A stretch of DNA of 64,000 bases from Phallusia mammillata (taxonomy: Eukaryota): NCBI GenBank assembly GCA_965637545.1, contig OZ281494.1, forward strand, positions 15,996,001 to 16,060,000, given 5' to 3'. The notes below the pieces were generated by a model. The model ran no database searches. It was given only the letters and a program-made list of their open reading frames with translations, and had not been told where the DNA came from. Positions 35,601 through 61,222 of the stretch are shown in pieces (the stretch's first letter is position 1; each line of letters begins with the position of its first letter). The position numbers and the translations under genes were made by a program.

Positions 35601-38600
35601 GTTGAAACACAACTTGGCAAACAGAAAAAAAATCATAAATATCCGGTCATTTTGCACGAGGAAATTCTATAACTTTTTTGCACTATTGTAATCGGGTTAA
35701 GTGGATTCGAAATCTTCGTGTAGATAAAATTCCGTTTACAGAAAACATATTTCTGATTCATCTTCTGGATAAGGAGAATTGTTCATGTTTTATTCAGATA
35801 TTCACAGATTACCGATGGAAACTGCTTAATTACGCAGTGACGGATTTTTCCAAAGCTGCTATGAGATTCTTACAAATATTGTACGAAAACACGTAATTAT
35901 TAAGCAAACAAATGCGAGAGTTTCCACTACCAAAAACAAGGCGTCACAGATTAGCGCGCCAACAAACATTCAATGACCCTAAGTAACCCCTTCCCTCAGG
36001 GACATGAATATAAAAGTACAATTTCCCATGAGGCAAGTCCAATTTGAATTGTAAAACCGTGCATATTTGTGCTTTTTAAAATATACCAAGTTTAAACAGT
36101 GTGTGGGTAAACAAACAATGTAATGATTTTGTTTTCACACCAACTCTGGCCAAAAAATGGCCAAAATTTAGGATATACAACTTTTTGGCTCCGAGAAATA
36201 TTGTAACTTCTATAACCTAACGATATGCCTGATGATTTATGTATAATCACTCAAATGGCCTTGACAAGGCACAAGGGAATAGAAATTTAGTGGACAAAGC
36301 ATTTCTCGTCAACATGCAGAAGCGCAGATCGCGACCTGTAGTGCACCCGCTCACGTGACAAACTCGCATTCGCAATTATCCCACAGAGAAGACACTTGAC
36401 TGAATAATAACGTCATAAACCATAAATAGCCTTGGGACGACAAATAATACGGTGGAGAAATTGCTTCGGAAAACATTCGTAAATAAATTTGTGTTAGGCC
36501 TTTGTTGGAATGAAGGTGTTATTTCGACTGTGTTTATCCACCATTGTATAAAACAACATAAATAATTATTTCCAATCGTTCCTGTTAACTCCAAAAAACA
36601 TAGTTCCTTTTCCTCAGTATGTTTATGTCTGATTAAACTCGTGGTGCAACCTACAGACGTACGACCGCATGTTTACTGGCGTATATGTTAGCACGCACAG
36701 TTATGTTAAAATATGAACATACATAGACGACAGCATTGGGTGGTTGAAACTTCTAAAACTGGTCTGAAAGGACATTTATAAGCAGTCAAGGAATAATGCT
36801 GGCCTAGTAGTCATATATCAGACTTTTAGCACGGTGATTGCGGACAAAATATGCAAATAAACATACAAACACCGCGTAACAATATAAATGGTGACGTCCG
36901 TTTGGAAGACAATTAGCGAAACGAAACAATACGCAAAGGCATTAACATCGGTTAAGTTTTAAGACTCAAATAGTTTCTGCCAACAAAGCATAATTGCATA
37001 TACCTTTTTAGTATTTTTTTACTTTTTCTTTGAAGCAAAAATGAAAAAGTGCTCAACGGCGGTGTTATTTAGGTCTCAACTCCTATAATTCTAACTTGCG
37101 TCCAAACAAAACCTCAAAAATCCAGGTGATAAACAGGATTTTCGGGGAAAACTACCGCTGATGCAAAACCGCGTAATCCGTCCCGCCCAAAACTTGCAGT
37201 CTACAGCAAATTGTGGTAATCGTGGCTTGCACTTGTGGTAATTGGTGGTTGCCACCACAAGCACTACTCTTGGGAGAGATTAAACACTTCACCAAAATGA
37301 CGTCATAATCCTCTGTGGCGTGAGGGCAATGAAGTGTAACCGATAGCAAAATCGATGAGGCTCGAGCTCGTAAAGTGGGGGTTGTATGAAACAGAGATGA
37401 AAAGGGTCATGGGGTAAATCGTCGTGACCCCGTTTAGCAGAAAGGGGTTATTTTTTATGCTTAGTGCAGCACGCCCCAGAACACGAAACCTACAATCATG
37501 AGGTGAACTTTTAATACCTTGCCATACAAGCACAGGTATTGTTATGATGTGAAAAATTGTTGTAAAAATGCTTACGAAATCGCAAACCAACAAAACAGTT
37601 AGCATGTTGTAGTTACGAAAAGTATCTGATAAAAGACCACTAGTACAAGTAAAAGACAGTTTATAGTGTCTAAATTTTAAGGAAAGTGTTTTATGATAAA
37701 TATAAGCCGATGTCATAAACTGCGTGGTTCAATGATTTCCTATCTATTATTGCCTTTTGCACATTTCGGCGATGACCCAATTTAAAATCATCACCTTAAA
37801 CCAAAAGCCATTGTGACGTCACACTTGACTTAACATGTGAGAGTTTGAAGCAAAAAAACGACTTTCTTGCTGATAAAATCAAATGAGTCATTCTCAGCAA
37901 ATAGAAATCGCGACGCGACCATTTCCGCGGGAGACGCGACAAACGCGTGCGACATTACTCGTCTGTGATTGGTCAACCACAATCAGATGATGAATAATGA
38001 ACTTCACGACATATGAAACATCGTAATTACTTCACTTATATCCGGATGATGGCAAACCATTTTGTTGGACAAAATATCCCTTTGTCGCCCAGAGGGCGCT
38101 AAGCGACACAACCTGGCGGCTAGAACCGTTGCTTAGCAACCGGCGGAAACCGCTCGCTGGGAAATACCGCCATTGTTTGCACGTAATCGCGGTATTGTGT
38201 CAACTGGGGGTGCAAATGACCCCCCCCCCTGAAAGGTGTCGGGCGCTCGGGTGGTGTTTGCTTAGCATAGGCATTGAGTAAACATTGTTTATTAACAATG
38301 AAAGCCATGTATGCTTGTAAATGGCGTTGTTGACATCGTAAAACATAAGTTCTCAATCTTCCTGTGTGGTAAACTCCTCGAGGAGACTTCTTGCTTCAAA
38401 TTCTATTATTAAACAACAGCCGGGGCAGCACATACCCGCACTGGCACGCAACAAGACTCGAGCAATTTGCGCTTTCAAGCACGTATCATACACATAAAGG
38501 CTAATTTATCTCCCAGAATAGCGGCGACATTTTAAGATGTCGAACTGAACAAATTACCAACAGATGTTATGACATGTAATTGTGAGTACTAGGCTGGAGG

Positions 38601-41423
38601 TCGAGTGTTTAATTCGTCCCCCGTACGAGGATTCAAGCTGCGCAATCCCCTCAGCGGGGCGGCCTGGCCCAAACGGGACAAGCGAAAGCCTGTAATTACA
38701 ATATTGAGACGATATTTTGGACGTTTGAAGAGGATCCTACAAGAAACACCCGCACGTGGTATTAAGTGTAGCTTTGGCGGATTTGTCGACCATAAGAACG
38801 ACACTAAAAGAGTTGGGTGGTTCAAAATGACCAGTTGAGGATTTGTAGCATAGTTTATTGTGTTTATCGTATTTCTGGATTAATTATCAAACAACCAAAA
38901 TATGGAATATTTGCCCATAAAGTGTGAACTGCAGTGAACAGATAATATTTGTAATTATTTATGTTTTTGTTTTGTTGGTTTAAGGTGACTGCATAACAGC
39001 AAATGCCTGGCGGTTGTCGCATTTGAATATGATCTACAACTCTCAAAGATAGTTCCATTTACGTCAAAAAGACATCTAAAACAACAACAACCACCTCAGT
39101 GAACTTGAGCGTGAGTCACTTATCTTCGCAAAGTACTTGTAATCCCCGAGCCGATGGATTTATGTATGTCGTGTGGTTAGCTGACATCAGCTCTAAACCA
39201 CAAATAACAATCACAGCATGCAGTGGGATTCCACCATCGCCTGTTCCTCCCGTCTGCATCAGCGGTGCCACAAATGACCACATACTCCCACAAGTGGCAC
39301 GCTCGCGGTTTTCTTTGTGTTGCTGCCCCTTTCTTTTGTTAGGACCTGTTTCGAACGTGTTTATTTACTTTATTTAACAATTTTTTTGAAAGCTTGACGA
39401 GCGTAAAAGTTTATTACAATTTATGAATTGCCGTATTTTATTACGCACGCACATTACGAAAATCCCCACTGAAAATAGTTGTGCTATACATGAGTTCTGA
39501 GTTTACATACTGTCAACGTGGCTACGCGTTGCAAAATTATACTTCATTTTTTTGGGAATACCACAAATCACCAAATTGCACGGCAATGTTTGAAGGACAA
39601 CTACACATTAAAATGAAAACCGCAAATAAAGCGGAGGCAGTTATTTCCTTTTTATGTCAAGACATCAAACCAGAAGGACATTGAGGTACAAGGCAGTACC
39701 GGGGTATGTTTCCAATCAACCATAAATTACACATTGAAGTGTTAAATTGAGTCTTCAACCCACTTTAAACCTATGTCAATTGACCCAAACCACACATTGA
39801 TAATTTTATTAAGTTGTTCGCGTTGATTGCCTACCGGCGTGCAAATAACAACAGGGTTAGACTTTCAGACCACTATAACTGTAGTGTGGTTGGCTGTAGC
39901 ACTGTGGTATTATTGCAAACCAGAGGTGCCACTCACAAGTGTTGTTTTTTGACTTGATATGATTGCCAAGATGTGGTCGTTGGTGGCACGCAGCGCACGT
40001 CAAGAACAAGTGGCACGGTCAAGAACATGATTTGTTCCAATTCGGCACTAGCGTATCCAGAGTTGCAAGTCGGGCCGGGCTTTTCGGGCCGGGTTCGGGT
40101 TCGGGCCGGGTTCGGGCCGGGTTCGGGCTTAGGTATTTGTCAGAAAACGGGCTCAAAACGGGCCTTACTTTAAGTTCCGTTGCCGCCACTTTTTAGTAAC
40201 AATTCTCTGGCTTTGACCTAATGCCCACCCTACTCTAAAACGTATTGTTTACCTCATTGTCTACTATTGTTCATTGTGTTTGTTGTCTTTATCTTTTTTC
40301 TTTCTCATCCTTTGTTGCAAGGCTTTCGTGGATAGGCCTGTCAATCAAAATTTCGGGCCTAAACGGGCTTCTCAAAAACGTTTCGGGTTCGGGCCGGGCT
40401 TCGGGCTTATACTTTCGGGTTCGGGCCGGGTTCGGGCTCAGATTTCGGGCCCGCTTGCAACTCTGAGCGTATCAGTGACCGCAAGGACCAAAAGGTTTTA
40501 GTCACGCCATATGTGGTTCAATTAACAACAGGCAAGTGATTGTGCAATGATTGTATATTTCGAAGTTTATTTCGCAGTTTATTACCACTTTATGTGGTCG
40601 TTGAAATATCAGTATAAATGTCATAACCTGTCTGAAACCTTTTATTCATTGCTTCAAATGTGTAGCCTACACTGTTCAAGTACCAATCGCAACAAAAGAA
40701 ATGTGAAGTCTGTTTTTTGGAAGGTTCGCAGTACGTACAGCACACATCGACCGTAAATTTGCACATTAATACGCCCAACAACACACCTAAGGCAAAGGCG
40801 CCACTGTAAACATTACACTGACGGAAACTCACAACGCCGGCGGTATCGTCACGGGGAAAGCCCCCTGCTGATTTCCTGGCGATTATAATTCGATAGGGCT
40901 AAATAGCTTCGCTTGCTCGGTAAGTAGGCCAGATAAACATATAAGCTTAAAAACATGCTGTGTCAATCTGAAAAGTGTATGTGTATTGGCTGCAAGCCCA
41001 CAAACTTTGTGCTTCCCCGATAAGAACACTAATGGCCTTATCTCTAAAGTACCCGCCCCTGTGTAACATATGTTTTGAAAAGTAAATTAGGTTTCTCATA
41101 GGCGAATACACTTTACATTAAAACGGATGTGTGTACCAAGCTTATCTGGGCCTATATTGTCGACCTATTTAAAATTATATTTCAATTAAATCTGCCAGTT
41201 TTTTGAAGTTGCGCAACAATGCATGTTTTAAAATACATTTCCCAACACACATTTCACAGTCGTATGGCTAATATCTGAGCATAGCCGTTCAATGCAATTG
41301 TGCAAGATGCCAAGACAAAATAAAAAAGCATAGACTTACCAAAACCGAAAGCCCCGAACAGGCTGCAAGCATCGAAAGGAGACCAAGAGTCAGTAAACTT
41401 TTTTGCCGCGAAGTGATGTTCAT
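11615..41423 (-). CDS. PAPLN: Papilin (ADAMTS-like extracellular matrix protein), 27 coding exons, 1321 aa
   Basis: Exons in minus-strand order: 41340-41423 (signal peptide MNITSRQKSLLTLGLLSMLAACSGLSVL), 34167-34300, 29210-29270, 26634-26736, 25324-25460, 21067-21190, 18842-18922, 18386-18558, 18058-18190, 16845-16965, 16475-16573, 16277-16397, 16057-16209, 15768-15947, 15392-15566, 15157-15321, 14947-15076, 14536-14642, 13997-14176, 13411-13857, 13156-13347, 12865-12978, 12671-12809, 12410-12546, 12187-12318, 11880-12020, 11615-11817; 3966 nt with consistent phases. Domains: TSP1, ADAMTS Cys-rich region, spacer, 6 more TSP1, 2 CxxSxYGCC repeats, Kunitz, Thr-rich tract, Kunitz, thyroglobulin type-1, one more YGCC repeat, 2 Ig-like domains, PLAC. 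Confidence 0.95.
12567..12621. repeat. Short tandem duplication (23-bp unit x2 plus a partial copy) in papilin intron 23
   Basis: TTGACCCCAAAGTACAAGTTAC(T) at 12567-12589 and 12590-12611, followed by CAAGTTACTT. Confidence 0.8.
14250..14412. mobile_element. Decayed sibling of the 40058-40465 hAT MITE, in papilin intron 18
   Basis: Left end CAGAGCTACAAGTCGGGCCGTGTTCGGG resembles CAGAGTTGCAAGTCGGGCCGGGC. The right part TTCAGATTTCAGACCCG resembles CTCAGATTTCGGGCCCG. No intact TSD; the right boundary is approximate. Confidence 0.5.
21573..21639. promoter_or_regulatory. Dense nuclear-receptor half-site cluster (IR1, perfect DR4, DR1) in papilin intron 5
   Basis: AGGTCA-A-TGACCG at 21573-21585; TGACCT-GAAG-TGACCT-A-TGACCA at 21597-21619; AGTTCA at 21621-21626; TGACCA at 21634-21639. 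Motif match only. Confidence 0.5.
30515..30530 (+). promoter_or_regulatory. Perfect DR4 nuclear-receptor element in papilin intron 2
   Basis: GGGTCA-CCAA-AGGTCA. Motif match only. Confidence 0.45.
31647..31825. mobile_element. hAT MITE, 179 bp, in papilin intron 2
   Basis: TIRs CAGTGGTGGGATT/AATCCCACCACTG; TSD GTTCCAAC at 31639-31646 and 31826-31833; internal (A/G)CCGGTTC repeats. Confidence 0.92.
33872..33957. repeat. Inverted repeat / hairpin with a perfect 21-bp stem in papilin intron 2
   Basis: AAAAACTTTGTCCCTAGTTTG (33872-33892) is the exact reverse complement of 33937-33957. The stem extends inward with 2 mismatches to about 28 bp around a loop of about 30 nt. Confidence 0.85.
34533..34545 (+). 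promoter_or_regulatory. Perfect DR1 nuclear-receptor element in papilin intron 1
   Basis: AGGTCA-A-GGGTCA. Motif match only. Confidence 0.4.
35974..35989 (-). promoter_or_regulatory. LXRE-like DR4 in papilin intron 1
   Basis: Minus strand reads GGGTTA-CTTA-GGGTCA. Motif match only. Confidence 0.35.
38086..38140 (+). promoter_or_regulatory. CTCF-like motif next to an RFX X-box-like palindrome in papilin intron 1
   Basis: CGCCCAGAGGGCGCTA at 38086-38101 and GTTGCTTAGCAAC at 38128-38140. Motif match only. Confidence 0.3.
40058..40465. mobile_element. hAT MITE, 408 bp, with GC-rich TTCGGG/CCGGG subterminal arrays, in papilin intron 1
   Basis: TIRs CAGAGTTGCAAG/CTTGCAACTCTG; TSD AGCGTATC at 40050-40057 and 40466-40473. 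Confidence 0.92.
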
Positions 41424-44400
41424 TTTCCGGCGCCGTGTTACTATATTCCACGACAAACTGAATCTTTTGTATTTTCGAGTGGAGACGGTGTCGACAAAGA
41501 GCAAAGTTGAAAATCTTACGACCGCAGCGGTAAATAAGATGCCATGCGGACCGCAAGAATCAAGATAAAAACTCGCAGCTGATCGGCGCACAGATTCTCG
41601 CGCAATGCAGTGTATTACTCTGTGTCAGAGAAACACCTTATTTGAACGTGTACACCTGCATTTGAAGAACACGGCACTCGATTAATGCTGTTAGCCGGTG
41701 CACTGAGCGCCTTTGCTGCAACGCCTGACACGTCTAATCAATTCAGACAAGTTTAGCGTGAGCACGAACTCACGAGGTCTGCCAATCGTTTGTGACCAAA
41801 CAAAGGACGACGTCGCCACAGCTCCTTTTTTCTTCGCCTCTTCATCGACTTGCGTCTATTCATGCGCGGCGCGGCGTTTCCACCGTGAATCGGCTAAAGC
41901 TCCTGTGTTTTATGTCTTTTTTTGCTTTTAATACAAACCCCCTTTTCCAGTGATGGCCCGAAATGCACCTTTGTAATGAAAGTATGAAGTTTGTAATAAC
42001 GGAACATGCCAAAATATACTTTCGGCGACTATAATATCTACGTTGAGCGGCGTAACGTACTTAGTTTAGGGATGTACTGAATGTCAGTTTACATTTATAA
42101 TTGGTAAACTTGAAAAAACAAAAACAAAAAAATCAAACAAAAACACACCGATGCTTACAACTTAATTGATATTTTTCGTATATTGGTATTGGTAAAGTGT
42201 ATCTACTGCACCCTATGGCCTAAAGGTGAAAAAAAATAAGTTTAAGTATTGCGTTACTTTTGAACAGAAACATTTTGACTTTTGTAAATGTATAAAGAAC
42301 ATGAAATTAATTGTCAACGCGATACCAGACCACAACAAAAACATTTCTTCACATTGAAACGCGCATCTTAGCATAGCCTACATTGCTCACTTGCGCCATT
42401 GGTGGAATGAAATATATGTTTACACTTGAGGTATTTCGCCTGTCGATTGCTGATGTGTTAACTGTACCTTACTCCTATCCAATATTGCCGACCGCGCACT
42501 AAAACTCGCAGAACGTATGTTGATTTACGACCACCATCACCTTTTACCCGCAATCACGTCTGTATTTGTAAACACTTTTGCCGAGACGACATGACCGAAC
42601 CTCACTCGGGTCTAATTGCTTTGTTTGCCGTCTCTCAGCTCGCGCGTTTGCGGTCCTAATTGTTGCCCGGTGAATAAACATTTTGAAGCCTTCTATATAT
42701 TTGTGCTAGGTGCTTTGCAAGGAAATTTGTGATTCACACTCCCAATAGCGACATTTCCGTATAACTTGGACTCCCTGTAGTATTTATTTCCGGATATACC
42801 AAAGAAGGTAGTCGTCAGAATGTTGCAAATATCGATCACAAAACAACTAAATATAGGTCATTTAAAAGTCATCAAGTGAAAATTGAATTACGTCGCGATA
42901 ACATGACATTGCATTTTTCCCACTCCGCGAGAACCTAATTTTTCACCAAGTTTTAAAAACTAACTAGACATTACCTTACCTATATTTTATCAGAGCCCAA
43001 CGCCATGACTACGTTTAGTTTCCTATCTTCTTCCTTGTATCTTGGTCGTAGTTTGTTTCCATAATCTTGTCTTCTCCTTGTACAACAATATTTCGTTGAT
43101 TATGAACATGTGTTTCGGATCTCTTCAAACATCACCACAACAATTCTTTTTCAAGGTGACATATCCTTGGTTGTACATTTATTGCGTTTCTAACTGGTTT
43201 CCTGTGAGTTTCTGTGTAACTTTAATCTGTGTGATAGACTTTTAGTTTTGTTTTTAGTATATCCCTAAAATTGCAAGCTGATTAAAAGCGTTGTGGGTTT
43301 GCTGCCTTGGAAACCCTTTGTTACTCTTTTATTGAACTTCTTGGTTGTACCAAAGCGACTGTAGTGGGACCCAATATAAAACTTTATTCTTTGCTTTTAT
43401 GCCTTTAAACCAAACAATAAATAGGCCATGAAAATGTTATTGTTTAAAAGTGGTACTAAACGGGAGGTGCACATATAAGCCAGTCCAGTGGTTCTTAACA
43501 CAATTTCCCTCGTTAACTAATGGGATGTTTTCAAAGATGTAATTTTCTCTCAAATTTCAAAACCATACTAATTCCACACGCCTTAAATGCTTCTCCTACT
43601 CACATATACTCCAAATCATGTCCAGTTTACCCCAGTTTGAACATCTGTGGTAGAGTCTGGGTAATCTTTTTGTAGGTGACATGGGTCGGTTTGATTTGGT
43701 CTGCACTCTACGAGTGCTCTTGTTGCGTGGAGCGATTAAATTAGCATGAAAATTTCGGTGTACTTCTTTACCTAACTGCCATTCTCTCACGTGCTTATTT
43801 TGCTGAATGGTGTTAACAACCTGGGCAAGTCAAAGCAGAGTGTGCTAGCACAACGACGTGGAACAGATAATTATTTTGTATAATCGGTAGATGTCGCCAA
43901 ATCACAAATTTCATGCAGCAATGTAAGCCGCAAGTTCTTCATGTTTTATCCTTTCTTTGTTACTATGCTTCTAGGAAAATCTGTATGAAATGTGTGCTTT
44001 TAGCTGAATTACAATGTCCGAATTACAATATAACTGTAACTACGAATTGCACCAAACTTAGGCTAACCTGATTTGCAAATCTGATTATTTCTTTAGGTTT
44101 ACGGTGTAATGATAATGAAGTAAACCCAACAACAGCCAATAGTTTCGTTGTGATGGACAAACTTTTTTTCACCAGGCGCCCATTGATGTGCCATATAAGT
44201 AGCTTAACTTGGGGTCGAAGGATGGGCTGTAGATTAGGTTTAATTTCTGTAAATTATAGGATATGCTTAACGGCGAGTTTTACAGAAAACGGTATCATAA
44301 CTTTTAATTTATAGAATTGTTTGTGTCAGTGCGATTGACTGCACCACTTTGAAATTGTACGATTGGCCTGTTATGTCGAGCGTGTGTTTAGTGATCGAGC

Positions 44401-44446
44401 AAGGTCGCCTTGAGCTCAAAACATTTTCGGTTTAATTCCTCTAAAG

Positions 44447-44663
44447 CAGGGGTTCTTAACTTGGGGTGCACGCACCCCCAAGGGGTGCGAGAACTGTTCC
44501 TAGGGGGTGCGGGGATGTTGAATCATTAAGGTTGGTTAGGTCTATTCTATTTAAGCAATTACAGAAGTGGGAGCGAAAATTGGTTAGTGATTTGAAAGGG
44601 GGTGCGAAAATTGGTTAGTGATTTGAAAGGGGTGCAGCAAGGAAAAAAGGTTAAGAACCACTG
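44447..44663. mobile_element. hAT (Buster/Charlie-like) MITE, 217 bp, between papilin and GALNT2
   Basis: TIRs CAGGGGTTCTTAAC/GTTAAGAACCACTG (1 mismatch); TSD CTCTAAAG at 44439-44446 and 44664-44671; internal duplicated AAAATTGGTTAGTGATTTGAAAGGGG unit. Confidence 0.92.
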
Positions 44664-45407
44664 CTCTAAAGTATTCACATTGCCGAAAAATGCTGCGCAA
44701 TGCTGAAAGTTACAAAGCCCGACAAAGTGGTAGACACAACTGGCAGATAGAATACATAGATAGTAAACGCACTGCACCATGTGTATTTCTTAGCGAGAAA
44801 CTTCGGCAGTATTGCTTCAACACAAGAATTCATGACTTACACCAAACTCCGGAAGTCAGAAAAAACTAATGTACCGGGATCCCACCAAATGGCAAGGAGG
44901 CAGTCATTGGGATGGCGGACTCATGAGCTGAGCAAGAAAGGTTTTCTGATTGCTTCACCCACTAAAGATCAAAATGAAACAAACAAAACAAACAACTTAA
45001 CTTTAATTTGCCAATTCAGATTGTTATTACGTCTCCACAATAGTAGCTTGATATGGGTTATTGCGAAGGTTAAGACGTAATTGTCCGTTCTATTGACATT
45101 AAGGTTTGGAGCGATTGTCTAAAAATGCTGCTTGACGTTAGAAGGTCAGCCACGAATCCACGATTGCTGCAGGGGAACGAAAAAAAGAACTGTGTGCAGT
45201 CAGGCGTGTCATTGTGACGTTGCTGTGTGCGAGCTTAGGAATCACCATTTAATTCTCTAGCATCGGTCTGGTTTGCTTGGGTTGTCCATGTGTTACCTCT
45301 TACTTTGAAGTATGTTTATTTAAGTTGTAAAGTATTATAAAGCTCTGAGGTGTTTGACATAAATTTTGAGGTCTTATATATTGATGTATTGATCTCATTT
45401 TTTACAG

Positions 45408-45433
45408 TCAAACCACTGGAGTGTGTGCTGCAG
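45408..45433 (+). other. Possible 26-nt non-coding 5'-UTR exon of GALNT2
   Basis: Flanked by TTTTTACAG and CAG|GTATTG; a further acceptor (TTCAG, ending at 45560) lies just before the ATG. No transcript evidence. Confidence 0.3.
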
Positions 45434-45570
45434 GTATTGTCATTTGAATAACAAAGAATAGACACCATGGAGTAATCTCAGGAAAAACTAGACTTGCACT
45501 TCCCTTCTTTTGTGTCCATGTTATTTGAACTATTTAAATCAGAAATAATTGGAAATTCAGAATCAAAAAC

Positions 45571-59560
<13,990 letters not shown>

Positions 59561-60688
59561 ATAGTGACGTCACTCGTTCGAGCCGTGACGCGAAGCCGGT
59601 GCTCAAGCGAAACGAAACTCCCGCGAAGACTCTGCCCTATTCGCCGCTGATGTGACGCATTGCTTACGTCATCACTCACAACAGTGAATGTGCTTGGTTG
59701 ATGACGACCAACGGCACCGATTCCATATGTTACTGGAGACTTCCGTGCACTTACGAAAATCTTTAAAGCGTTACTTTGTAATTTGAGATTGCTTTCTATG
59801 TCGTATTTCAAATTAGGTACTTCCCCATTTTTCTTCTCACGCTGACCATGCACAGATCCATTCTTAAACACTTAATTTGTTTTGCACAAGTTACCTGTCC
59901 TTCTCTTGTATGCAAATCATTGTGCTTGCTTGTAATTGCGATGTCTTAGACACGCTGCCGGTAGTTTTGCTTTTATGCTCTAAACGATACACGATTTATC
60001 ATTGGAACATATACTCAGAACACAAAACCAGTAAAGCACGTGAAGTATCAGAGGTCTGTGCAATAAGTTGCCGTTCTCCGTTTACCTTTCTACAAGACTC
60101 GTATAGCAAATTTCTACTGTATCACAATCGTCGGAATTTTTATTTATTTCATTGTTTTTTTGTACAATTTTAATCGTTATCCAAACTCTTGACCGCTTTT
60201 TGTGCAATTTGATCGGTGGCTGTGGATACAGTGCCGGTTTTTCATTGGTTGAAAATGTTCACGTGCTTGATAGCCCCCACCGAGCGGTGGCGAGATTATT
60301 TTCCTATTCATGTCATCGAAAGGTAGGGCAGCAATAATTTTTAGCAGCAGCCGGCTTTGTAGCTCGTTAACCCTTGGATTTGTGAACTAATACGTGCTTA
60401 CGAATACACGCAACATGGCTACATATTGTCTGGTGTTTGGTGAGTTTTCTTACAATCGAGATGAACTGACCTAATGTCCGTTTAAATTGGCAAAATGACG
60501 TTTAAATTGGCACATCATTTGCAGTTTCAAATATTCTTGACTGGCATCAAACAAGCCAAAACGCTTCTCTCATTTACTTAACGTCATTATAATCATTTGA
60601 AAAACGGCATCTGGGCGTTATGCTACATGCTTAATTAGACTGTGGCTGTATGGGATGAACATCCAAAAAATACGGTGCATCCAAATAC

Positions 60689-61013
60689 TAGTGATGTACC
60701 GAATATTCGGTTTGCCGAATTTATTCGGCCGAATCGGCCATTTTTAAAGAGATTCTTTATGAACACAAATATAAAGCGTAAAACGTGTCTTTTCTGCTCA
60801 ATGAGGTGTCACACCATTCCCCAACACAACTATCGTGTAGTATAGATCCACTGTTTGCCTGGTAGAAAATCTTGTGTTTTCATGTCAAACGCGTAGCTTA
60901 CGCCTTCGCCTGACGTCATAAAAGATTCGGTTGATTCGGCCGAATTTATTCGGCAAAACTGAGGATATTCGGTTTCGGCCGAACCCAAATTTAGCCGATT
61001 CGGTACATCTCTA
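60689..61013. mobile_element. hAT (Ac/Tip100-type TAGxGATG ends) MITE, 325 bp, upstream of CDC45
   Basis: TIRs TAGTGATGTACCGAAT/ATTCGGTACATCTCTA (1 mismatch); TSD CCAAATAC at 60681-60688 and 61014-61021; internal ATTCGGCCGAAT palindromes at 60723-60734 and 60934-60945. Confidence 0.92.
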
Positions 61014-61211
61014 CCAAATACTCTACCCTACTAGCGACACGATTTTTAGGTTTATCTATCCAACTGTTAACAAAGGTATGTTTATGTTTGAAGATATGTT
61101 GAATTTTAGGGTATGTTTTCATAAATAAGATTATGGAAAAAACTATAATAAATATACCTGTAGTCGTAATCTCACTGTCGTACAAATAGGTTGCGACGAT
61201 AGGACAACAAG

Positions 61212-61222
61212 TTGGCGGGAAA
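61212..61222 (+). promoter_or_regulatory. E2F/DP binding site candidate in the CDC45 upstream region
   Basis: TTGGCGGGAAA about 360 bp upstream of the CDC45 ATG. CDC45 is an established E2F target in animals. Confidence 0.55.

Noticed and set aside
37576-37605. Alternative papilin first exon MLTVLLVCDF with a GTAAGC donor in phase 0
   Set aside because: Too short and not signal-peptide-like. The exon at 41340-41423 gives a full signal peptide with a GTAAGT donor.
40072-40450. TTCGGG/CCGGG repeats, or the ATTCGGCCGAAT repeats at 60723-60945, as a CRISPR-like array
   Set aside because: No regular repeat-spacer structure; they are subterminal repeats inside TIR/TSD-bounded hAT elements in a eukaryotic genome.
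43486-43499. Lone TIR CAGTGGTTCTTAAC possibly pairing with the TIR ending at 44663 as a composite element
   Set aside because: The flanking 8-mers (AGCCAGTC versus CTCTAAAG) do not match, and the 44447-44663 element has its own perfect TSD; it is probably a solo remnant.
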